The notes beneath the pieces were generated by a model. It was not told where the DNA came from, did no database searches, and saw only the letters and a list, made by a program, of their open reading frames with translations. Shown in pieces: positions 56,841 through 64,000 of a stretch of DNA of 64,000 nucleotides. The stretch lies in contig CAZUOM010000004.1 in NCBI GenBank assembly GCA_964621305.1, forward strand, positions 14,209 to 78,208, read 5' to 3'. Every line of letters begins with the position of its first letter. The stretch's first letter is position 1. Position numbers and translations under genes: made by a program. This DNA comes from an uncultured Gammaproteobacteria bacterium (GTDB lineage Bacteria; Patescibacteriota; Microgenomatia; UBA10105; UBA927).

Positions 56841-57089
56841 ATGAAACCTCATGTTTTCCATTTTGTCGTCCTATTTGCTATTCTTGTGCTTGGCGTCATG
56901 TCGTTTTTTGTTGTGGCAGGCAATACGGGTTTGCAGTTTCTCGTAGGAGTCATTACGGCAATCGCCTACGTACTCTGGGGTCTTTTTCATCATACCGTTG
57001 CCGGTGATCTTCACAAGAAAATTGTGATAGAATATATCCTCATTGCGGCCATCGCAGTCCTGCTTCTAGAGGTTGCCATCGGGCCGTAA
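56841..57089 (+). CDS. small membrane protein (2 transmembrane helices)
   Basis: Hydrophobicity only. Confidence 0.35.
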   Translation: MKPHVFHFVVLFAILVLGVMSFFVVAGNTGLQFLVGVITAIAYVLWGLFHHTVAGDLHKKIVIEYILIAAIAVLLLEVAIGP

Positions 57090-57095
57090 CTTACT

Positions 57096-57836
57096 ATGAA
57101 AGGCGTCATCTTGGCAGGTGGGTTAGCTACACGACTTCGACCCCTTACCCTCGTTACTAACAAGCATCTTTTGCCGGTTTATCACCAGCCGATGATTTAC
57201 TTCCCGTTGACTGCGATGAAAAAAGCTGGCATTAAAGAAGTGCTTCTTACTTCGTCGGCGGATCACTCCGGTCACTTTGCCAATCTGCTCAAAGCCGGTG
57301 AAGATTTTGATCTCAAACTTTATTACGCGGTGCAACAAAATTCCAAGGGCGGGATAGCTGAGGCCATCAAGCTTGCCGAAGAATTTGCCAAGGATCAACC
57401 GATTTTAGTGCTTTTGGGTGATAATATTTTCACTTTTGATCTGGGAAGCGCCTTGAAGCGATATGTAGACAGTGGAAGCAAAGGGGCTGTGGTATTTGGT
57501 GTCCACAAAGACACAGAATCCCGCCAATATGGCGTCATTGAAGTAGACAAAGATGGTAAAGTGCTATCTATTGAAGAAAAACCGGAACATCCCAAGAGTG
57601 ATCTGGCTCAAACAGGTATTTATATTTACGACCAAACCGTGTTTACAAAAATAAAAGGACTGTCTCCGTCGGCACGGGGCGAGCTGGAAGTAACCGGTCT
57701 TAATAACATGTATTTGGACGCCGGTGCTTTGTCGTGTGAGATTATTGATTGGTGGGTTGATGCGGGAACGTCTTTTGATGAACTGCTTGCCGCCAATATG
57801 CAGGTGGCATACATGGTCAAGAAAGGGCAACTGTGA
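57096..57836 (+). CDS. rmlA: glucose-1-phosphate thymidylyltransferase-like sugar nucleotidyltransferase
   Basis: [17 protein letters not shown]-terminal motif. Short form. Confidence 0.7.
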   Translation: MKGVILAGGLATRLRPLTLVTNKHLLPVYHQPMIYFPLTAMKKAGIKEVLLTSSADHSGHFANLLKAGEDFDLKLYYAVQQNSKGGIAEAIKLAEEFAKDQPILVLLGDNIFTFDLGSALKRYVDSGSKGAVVFGVHKDTESRQYGVIEVDKDGKVLSIEEKPEHPKSDLAQTGIYIYDQTVFTKIKGLSPSARGELEVTGLNNMYLDAGALSCEIIDWWVDAGTSFDELLAANMQVAYMVKKGQL

Positions 57837-58804
57837 AACTTTTGGTTACTGGCGGGGCTGGATTCATCGGTTCCAATTTTATTCATTACTGGCTTACCAA
57901 TCATTCTGACGATACTATCGTCAACCTCGACAAACTCACATATGCAGGCAACCTCGAGAATCTGGCGGACGTAGCAACAAACCCTCACTATCAATTTATA
58001 AAAGGAGATATCTGCGATGCGGGAACTGTTGCTCGAGCATCTGTGGACATTGAAGTAGTGGTACATTTTGCCGCGGAGAGCCACGTAGACCGCTCGATTC
58101 AGGCAGCAGCCCCCTTTGTGTTGACCAATGTGGTCGGCACCCACATATTGCTGGAGGCGGCTGTTAAGGCTCGGGTAAAACGATTTCATCATATATCTAC
58201 GGACGAAGTGTTCGGATCTCTTGAGCTTGATGATCCGAGTAAATTTACTGAACAAACAAAATATAATCCTAGAAGTCCTTATTCAGCAAGCAAAGCCGCC
58301 TCAGATCATTTAGTAAACTCGTATTTTCATACATTTGGATTACCTATTACCATCACCAACTGTTCAAACAACTACGGTCCGTATCAGTTTCCTGAAAAAC
58401 TCATCGCTCTTGCCGTCACGAACGTTTTAGAGGGGAAAAAGGTGCCCATCTACGGCGACGGAAAATACGTTCGCGATTGGGTTTATGTGGAGGATCACTG
58501 TCGGGCAATAGATGCGGCACTGACAAATGGCAAACCAGGAGAAACGTATTGCGTGGGAGGACTGACAAAAGACATAGACAATCTCACTATCGTTAAAAAA
58601 ATTCTTTCTATCATGGGTAAAGATGAGTCAGCCATTGAATTTGTCAAAGACCGTGCGGGTCACGATCGGCGTTACGCCATTGATTGGACCAAAATTAATA
58701 CAGAGCTTGGTTGGAGTCCGGCTCATGATCTTGATGCGTGGTTAGCAAAAACGGTCGAATGGTATCAGGAGCACGAAGCATGGTGGCGGCGGATAAAACA
58801 ATGA
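57833..58804 (+). CDS. rmlB: dTDP-glucose 4,6-dehydratase
   Basis: [20 protein letters not shown] (YxxxK), [11 protein letters not shown]. Confidence 0.85.
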   Translation: MKLLVTGGAGFIGSNFIHYWLTNHSDDTIVNLDKLTYAGNLENLADVATNPHYQFIKGDICDAGTVARASVDIEVVVHFAAESHVDRSIQAAAPFVLTNVVGTHILLEAAVKARVKRFHHISTDEVFGSLELDDPSKFTEQTKYNPRSPYSASKAASDHLVNSYFHTFGLPITITNCSNNYGPYQFPEKLIALAVTNVLEGKKVPIYGDGKYVRDWVYVEDHCRAIDAALTNGKPGETYCVGGLTKDIDNLTIVKKILSIMGKDESAIEFVKDRAGHDRRYAIDWTKINTELGWSPAHDLDAWLAKTVEWYQEHEAWWRRIKQ

Positions 58805-59664
58805 AAATCATTGGCACCGGCCTTACTGGACTCGTCGGCTCGCGCGTTGTTGAACTTCTTTCCTCTGTTTTTTCTTTTGAAAATCTCAACAGCAGGTCTG
58901 GCGTGGATATTACCAACAGAGAAACGTTGATATCCCGCATTGCCAGCTCTGATGCTACGTGGATTTTTCATTTTGCCGCAAAAACCGACGTCGATGAATG
59001 TGAGAAAGAAAAGGAGTTAGGCAAAGCAAGTGAAGCATGGCGGATCAACGTTGGGGTTACTGAGTCAATTGCTGCAGCCTGCCGCCAGAGGCAAAAACAC
59101 CTTTTGTATATTTCGACAGATTTTGTCTTTGATGGGAAAAAAGATATGTATGTTGAGGAAGACAAGCCTAGTCCTGCTGGATGGTACGCAAAGACCAAAT
59201 ATGAAGGGGAACTCCGGGTGAAAACACTTGAAAAGCTGGGGTTAATAGTCCGTATCGCGTTTCCCTATCGGGCTAAAGTAGAAAAAAAACCGGATTTTTT
59301 GCATCGCATGCTCGCAGTTCTTGAAGGCGGCAAAGATCTGACGGCGCCTTCCGATCAACTATTTGTGCCTACTTTTATTGATGATATCGCTGCCGCCATC
59401 GCAAAACTGGTTGACCAGCAAGCCTTTGGGATATATCACCTCGTCGGTTCACAAGTTCTATCTCCTTATGAGGCCGGGCAAAAGATTGCTGCTGTATTTG
59501 GCTATGATTCAAAGAGAGTGCAAAGCGCACGATTCGTCGATTTTTATCAGAGCCGTGCGCCTCGCCCCTTTTATGGGTGTCTATCAAATGATAAAATAGC
59601 TAAATTCGGCCTAAAAATGTCAACTTTTGACGAAGGACTAGCTGCTATACAGAAACAAATATGA
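58801..59664 (+). CDS. rmlD: dTDP-4-dehydrorhamnose reductase-like (RmlD family)
   Basis: [12 protein letters not shown] Rossmann motif, YAKTKYEGE (YxxxK). Start ATG 58801 overlaps the rmlB stop (ATGA). Confidence 0.7.
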   Translation: MKIIGTGLTGLVGSRVVELLSSVFSFENLNSRSGVDITNRETLISRIASSDATWIFHFAAKTDVDECEKEKELGKASEAWRINVGVTESIAAACRQRQKHLLYISTDFVFDGKKDMYVEEDKPSPAGWYAKTKYEGELRVKTLEKLGLIVRIAFPYRAKVEKKPDFLHRMLAVLEGGKDLTAPSDQLFVPTFIDDIAAAIAKLVDQQAFGIYHLVGSQVLSPYEAGQKIAAVFGYDSKRVQSARFVDFYQSRAPRPFYGCLSNDKIAKFGLKMSTFDEGLAAIQKQI

Positions 59665-60959
59665 CAATTGCCTTTGTCGGTCACGGATATGTGGGGCTCG
59701 TTACGGCTGCGGTGTTTGCCGACTTAGGCAACACCGTCTGGGTGGTCGGGCACACCAAAGAAAAAATCGAAAGACTAAAAAAAGGAATTGCACCTTTTTA
59801 TGAGCCTGGTTTGGTAGAGCTTATTGTGCGCAACATAAAAGCCAAGCGCCTTTTTTTTACTATGGATTATGCAGAAGCAGTGCATACTTCCGAGATTATC
59901 TTTATTTGCGTAGGTACGCCATCCGGCTCAAACGGACAAGCGGATCTTAGTAGCGTGTTTGAAGCGGCCAAAAGAATAGGTAGTGCCTTGGTTGGTTATA
60001 AAGTCGTTGTGACAAAAAGCACCGTCCCTCCGGGCACCAACAAAAAAATTGCAGATATCATCAGCAAGATGAAGCCCGATGGCTCATCATTTGTCATTGC
60101 CTCAGTTCCGGAGTTCTTGCGAGAAGGCACTGCCATAGAAGATTCGATGCATCCAGATAGGGTTGTTATCGGAACTACATCAGATCGGGCACAAGAGCTT
60201 CTTGTTGAACTTCATAAATCTATTAACGGAAAGTATGTTTTGTGCAACATCGAGACTGCTGAGCTTATTAAGTATGCATCAAACGCGCTCCTTTCGGTCA
60301 AAATATCCTTTGCCAATGCCATTGCGTTTTTGTCCGATAAGGTGGGTGCAGACGTTGAAAAAGTTTTGGACGGAGTTGGGTTGGATAAACGTATCGGAAG
60401 AAGTTTTCTTTCTCCAGGCGTGGGTTTTGGCGGCAGTTGTTTCCCCAAAGATGTCAAAGCACTGATTGCATTATCCAAGGAGCATGGGTATGACTTTGCT
60501 CTGCTCAAGGCTGTCGAAGAGATCAACCGTCAGGCAGCCGCAGGCTTTGTAGAAAAAATCTCACACCATTTTAAGGACGCGCTCAAGAGAAAAAAGATTG
60601 CAGTTTTAGGTTTATCGTTTAAGCCAAATACCGATGACATGCGTGAGGCGCCATCCATTGAAATTATCACACATTTGCTCAAACTTGGTGCACAGGTGGT
60701 GGCCTATGATCCGGTGGCAATGTCAAATGCCAAAAAAGTTTTGCCGTCCAACGTGGCGTATGCCAAAGATGCATACGCAGCCACCCAAGGAGCAGATGCT
60801 GTGGCAGTGGTAACCGAATGGAACGAGTTTCGCCAGATTGATTTGGTTCGACTGGCCAAAGGACTCAAAAATCGTGTGTTGTTTGACGGGCGCAACGTTT
60901 ATGAACCAGCTCGTGTTAAACGTCTCGGATTTATGTATTATGGAGTAGGACGTATGTAA
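59661..60959 (+). CDS. ugd: UDP-glucose/GDP-mannose 6-dehydrogenase family protein
   Basis: VGHGYVGLVTA, GGSCFPKDV catalytic Cys motif. Confidence 0.8.
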   Translation: MTIAFVGHGYVGLVTAAVFADLGNTVWVVGHTKEKIERLKKGIAPFYEPGLVELIVRNIKAKRLFFTMDYAEAVHTSEIIFICVGTPSGSNGQADLSSVFEAAKRIGSALVGYKVVVTKSTVPPGTNKKIADIISKMKPDGSSFVIASVPEFLREGTAIEDSMHPDRVVIGTTSDRAQELLVELHKSINGKYVLCNIETAELIKYASNALLSVKISFANAIAFLSDKVGADVEKVLDGVGLDKRIGRSFLSPGVGFGGSCFPKDVKALIALSKEHGYDFALLKAVEEINRQAAAGFVEKISHHFKDALKRKKIAVLGLSFKPNTDDMREAPSIEIITHLLKLGAQVVAYDPVAMSNAKKVLPSNVAYAKDAYAATQGADAVAVVTEWNEFRQIDLVRLAKGLKNRVLFDGRNVYEPARVKRLGFMYYGVGRM

Positions 60960-60977
60960 TTTTTGTAGGGAGAACGA

Positions 60978-61934
60978 ATGGCTAAAAAAGCACTTATCAC
61001 TGGAATTGCTGGATTTGTGGGTAGTCACATGGCCGAATCTTTGCTTGATGAAGGCATGGAGGTTTATGGATTATGCCGGCCACGAAGTAAAACTGATCAC
61101 ATTGGAGGAATTATCGACAAGCTGCATCTGGAAGATGCAGACCTTTTGGATTCTCACAGTTTATACAGCACAATATCTCGCATTAAGCCGGATATGATTT
61201 TTCATCTGGCTGCACAGTCATTTGTGCCAACGTCCTGGGTATCACCGTCGGTTACTCTCGAGGTCAACATTGTGGGATCTTCTAATCTTTTTGAGGCAGT
61301 GCGTATGGCTGGCATTGATCCGATTATCCAAATTGCTGGCTCGTCTGAAGAGTATGGATTAGTCCACTCTGATGAGTTGCCCATTAAAGAAAGCAATCCA
61401 ATGCGGCCATTATCTCCCTATGCGGTTTCGAAATTAGCGATGGACTATTTGGGCTACCAGTATTTTCAGTCTTATAAAATTCGTATCATAAGAACACGAG
61501 GCTTTAACCACACCGGGCCGCGCAGGGGAGAGACATTTGCAGAGTCTAACTTTGCTAAGCAGGTCGCCATGATTGAAAAAGGTAAACAGGAACCCATCAT
61601 ACACGTCGGCAACCTAGAAGCCAGTCGCGATTACACGGACGTGCGGGACATGGTCAAAGCGTATATACTCGCAGTTGAAAAATGCGATTCGGGTCAGTCT
61701 TACAATATCTGCACGGGCAAAGCCATCAAAATCGGCGACTTACTCGATCTCCTTCTTTCATTTTCCAAACTTAGAGTTGATATACAGAAAGATCAGCAGC
61801 GCATGCGACCATCCGATGTACCGGTTTTACTTGGGGACAATAGTAAATTTGTCGCAAAAACTGGCTGGAAACCGGAGATTCCGTTTGAAAAAACTATGAA
61901 AGATCTCCTTGATTACTGGCGTGCTAGGGTATAA
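60978..61934 (+). CDS. NAD-dependent epimerase/dehydratase (GDP-mannose 4,6-dehydratase-like)
   Basis: ITGIAGFVGSH, YAVSKLAMD (YxxxK). Confidence 0.7.
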   Translation: MAKKALITGIAGFVGSHMAESLLDEGMEVYGLCRPRSKTDHIGGIIDKLHLEDADLLDSHSLYSTISRIKPDMIFHLAAQSFVPTSWVSPSVTLEVNIVGSSNLFEAVRMAGIDPIIQIAGSSEEYGLVHSDELPIKESNPMRPLSPYAVSKLAMDYLGYQYFQSYKIRIIRTRGFNHTGPRRGETFAESNFAKQVAMIEKGKQEPIIHVGNLEASRDYTDVRDMVKAYILAVEKCDSGQSYNICTGKAIKIGDLLDLLLSFSKLRVDIQKDQQRMRPSDVPVLLGDNSKFVAKTGWKPEIPFEKTMKDLLDYWRARV

Positions 61935-61940
61935 ATCCAC

Positions 61941-63053
61941 ATGAAAGTCGTAGTCGTACTTCCCACATACAATGAAAGGGAAAGCATTGAAACTCTTCTG
62001 GAACAACTTGTTGCTATAACAGGAAAGCACTCGACACACACATTTATGTTTCTCGTTGTAGACGATGCGTCACCAGATGGAACAGGTCAGTTTGTGGAAG
62101 CGTATAGTAGGCATCACCCGAACGTTTATCTTTTAACCGGAAATAAGGAAGGATTGGGTAGAGCGATTTTGCGCGGCATGAAATACGCGGCAGAAGTACT
62201 GAAAGCAGACATTATCGGCCAAATGGATGCGGATCTTTCTCATGATCCCAACGTGCTTGGAAAATTTATTCAGAAGTATGATGAAGGGTTTCATTTTGTC
62301 GTGGGAAGTCGGTATATTCAGGGAGGATCTATTCCAAAAAACTGGGGTTTGCACCGAAAAATTTTCAGTGTAGTAGGCAATGCTTTTGTACGTTATGGTC
62401 TGGGATTTACGGCCGTGCATGATTGGACTGGCGGGTATCGTCTCTATGCCAGAACATACTATGAACTATCTAGACGCGAGATGGGTAAGCACAAGGGATA
62501 TGTGTTTCAGATTGCCTTTCTTTATAAATCTATACTAAAAGGAGCCAAAGTTGGGGAAGTGCCTATACATTTTTTAGACCGTCGTTTCGGGCATTCTAAA
62601 ATTGCTCCCTCTGAGTATATCCGTGACGTTTTAGTCTTTGTACTCCGCCAACGGATTAAACGACTTATTGTTGGCCCCTTTCTTAAGGTTTGCATAGTGG
62701 GAACGATTGGGTTTACCATTAACACAATACTCCTTGAAACTGTCGTAATTTTAGGTTTTCATCCGACATTTGGCAGTGCCATAGGTGCCGAATTTGCCAT
62801 AGTTTCCAATTTCTTATTGAATAATCACTGGACGTATCGATCAAGGAAAATCATCGGTCTTAGAATCATAAAAAAGTTTTTTCAATTTAATACTACATCA
62901 GTTGGTGCCATACTCTTGCAAGCAGGAACAGTCGCTGTCGGTACGCTTCTTTTTGGTGTTCCAAGCTATCGATTTTTTTATCTCATAGGCGTCGGGTTCG
63001 GTTTGTTTTGGAATTATACGATGTACTCGAGATTGATCTGGAGGCAACGTTAA
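61941..63053 (+). CDS. GT2 polyprenyl-phosphate sugar synthase (DPM1-like) fused to a GtrA-like membrane domain
   Basis: VVLPTYNERESI, VVDDASPDGT, DADLSHDP. Four C-terminal transmembrane helices of GtrA type. Confidence 0.75.
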   Translation: MKVVVVLPTYNERESIETLLEQLVAITGKHSTHTFMFLVVDDASPDGTGQFVEAYSRHHPNVYLLTGNKEGLGRAILRGMKYAAEVLKADIIGQMDADLSHDPNVLGKFIQKYDEGFHFVVGSRYIQGGSIPKNWGLHRKIFSVVGNAFVRYGLGFTAVHDWTGGYRLYARTYYELSRREMGKHKGYVFQIAFLYKSILKGAKVGEVPIHFLDRRFGHSKIAPSEYIRDVLVFVLRQRIKRLIVGPFLKVCIVGTIGFTINTILLETVVILGFHPTFGSAIGAEFAIVSNFLLNNHWTYRSRKIIGLRIIKKFFQFNTTSVGAILLQAGTVAVGTLLFGVPSYRFFYLIGVGFGLFWNYTMYSRLIWRQR

Positions 63054-63087
63054 CAACATTACCTTATTTTATGATTAAGCTTTTGCC

Positions 63088-64000
63088 ATGATACAAAATC
63101 AACTTCGTGTATCGATCAAAAGAGAACAGGTAATTTTAATCGCGATTATTCTTCTTGCATCGTTTTTTCGTCTCTACAATATTTCTGGCTATATGACATT
63201 TTTGGGGGACGAAGGAAGGGACGCTCTGGTGGTTAAACGGATGATAGTAGATGGTAAGCTTACCCTCTTAGGACCAACGGCATCCGTCGGAGGATTTTTT
63301 CTCGGGCCGATCTACTATTATTTCATGATTCCTTTTTTGTGGCTTTGGAAGATGGACCCAGTAGGCCCAGCGATCATGGTCGCGCTTTTTGGGATTGCTA
63401 CGGTGTATCTGGTATACCGATTTGGTAAAGAGTTATTTGGCGAATATCCTGCCCTTCTTGCTGCCTTACTTTATGCGCTATCGCCTGTAGTCATCGCATA
63501 TTCTCGGTCCTCTTGGAATCCGAATTTGGTACCCTTTTTTTCAACACTCCTACTCTACCTACTCTACCGCGCAGTAAGTCGTAAACAATGGCGGCTGATT
63601 TTTCCCATCGGAATCATTATTGGCATCGGGTTACAACTCCATTATCTATTTTTATTTCTTATCGTTCTTACAGTTGCATGGTTTATTCTATGGGGGCGAA
63701 AAACGTCACTCCTACGTTTTTATGGAATAGGACTGGTTGGGTTTGTCGTCGGTTATGGACCATTTCTCCTTTTTGAGCTAAGACACGGATTTCCCAATAC
63801 CCATGCGATCACCCAATTTCTTCTTACTGGCAATGAGACAGGCTTTTCCTTGCTTACATTTTTGTCAAATATTCGCGACGTAAGTTACCGACTATTTGCT
63901 CGACTTGTTTTGCGCCATCCTCAACCTGAAATATGGATCTCTGTCCCACACTGGCAACAAGCCCTTTGGAATATAAGTGCTCGATTGATACTAGCGCTTT
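63088..64000 (+). CDS. polytopic membrane glycosyltransferase (GT39/GT83 ArnT/PMT-like), N-terminal part; continues beyond the window
   Basis: ORF open to the window edge. Multiple transmembrane helices. Early loop FLGDEGRDAL. Not listed in the ORF track. Confidence 0.5.
   Translation, partial: MIQNQLRVSIKREQVILIAIILLASFFRLYNISGYMTFLGDEGRDALVVKRMIVDGKLTLLGPTASVGGFFLGPIYYYFMIPFLWLWKMDPVGPAIMVALFGIATVYLVYRFGKELFGEYPALLAALLYALSPVVIAYSRSSWNPNLVPFFSTLLLYLLYRAVSRKQWRLIFPIGIIIGIGLQLHYLFLFLIVLTVAWFILWGRKTSLLRFYGIGLVGFVVGYGPFLLFELRHGFPNTHAITQFLLTGNETGFSLLTFLSNIRDVSYRLFARLVLRHPQPEIWISVPHWQQALWNISARLILAL

Noticed and set aside
1-64000. CRISPR arrays, rRNA genes, integrases, transposases and prophage genes
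   Set aside because: Scanned for spaced direct repeats and for hallmark motifs. Only microsatellites (7-mer and CTT repeats) and hairpins were found, with no repeat-spacer architecture and no recognisable mobile-element enzymes.

Overview
This window is bacterial chromosomal DNA with genes on both strands, and is dominated by housekeeping functions. Gene content and several compact protein variants suggest a small-genome bacterium, possibly Patescibacteria/CPR-like, but that is inference only. TGA is used as an ordinary stop codon (aspS, for example, ends in TGA). I recognised no rRNA gene, CRISPR array, integrase or transposase.

Housekeeping content, in order along the window:
- 3' end of recJ, then aspS, a D-Ala-D-Ala carboxypeptidase, gltX and era.
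- tRNA-Gln(CUG), followed by an ABC-2/GldG-like transporter.
- A GT4 glycosyltransferase, a DUF378 membrane protein and an LmbE-like deacetylase.
- A complete extended SUF operon: Rrf2 regulator, sufC, sufB, sufD, a Rieske protein, sufS, sufU and a ferredoxin.
- Both subunits of a 2-oxoacid:ferredoxin oxidoreductase, then lon, a class A beta-lactamase-like hydrolase, tRNA-Glu(CUC) and greA.
- lysS, an HD hydrolase, rdgB, serS, a spermidine-synthase-like methyltransferase and secA.
- A Ca/Mg-type P-type ATPase, a DsbA-like oxidoreductase, ruvC-ruvA-ruvB and zupT.
- prfB, ftsE-ftsX with an EnvC-like M23 protein, tsaE, tsaC and tsaB.
- A cell-envelope glycosylation locus: rmlA, rmlB, rmlD, ugd, an epimerase, a GT2+GtrA fusion and the start of a GT39-like transferase.

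Accessory, degenerate or unusual content:
- Four toxin-antitoxin-like modules. One is a RelE/ParE toxin interrupted by an in-frame TGA.
- Pseudogenes: an aldo/keto reductase with an internal deletion, and a kinase-like gene frameshifted in a poly-G tract. Gene remnants: an ICMT-family fragment and an AMP-ligase N-terminal remnant.
- Seven-nucleotide tandem repeats, each 21-42 nt long and in frame, embedded in essential genes (gltX twice, sufC, sufS, the oxidoreductase alpha subunit, secA).
- A 1.3 kb region with no ORF between the RelE locus and aspS.
- A candidate small RNA with a near-consensus promoter and an intrinsic terminator upstream of greA.

The most novel-looking locus is a strongly signalled 36-codon ORF encoding a peptide with nine cysteines, lying just upstream of a KamA-family (2,3-aminomutase-type) radical SAM enzyme.
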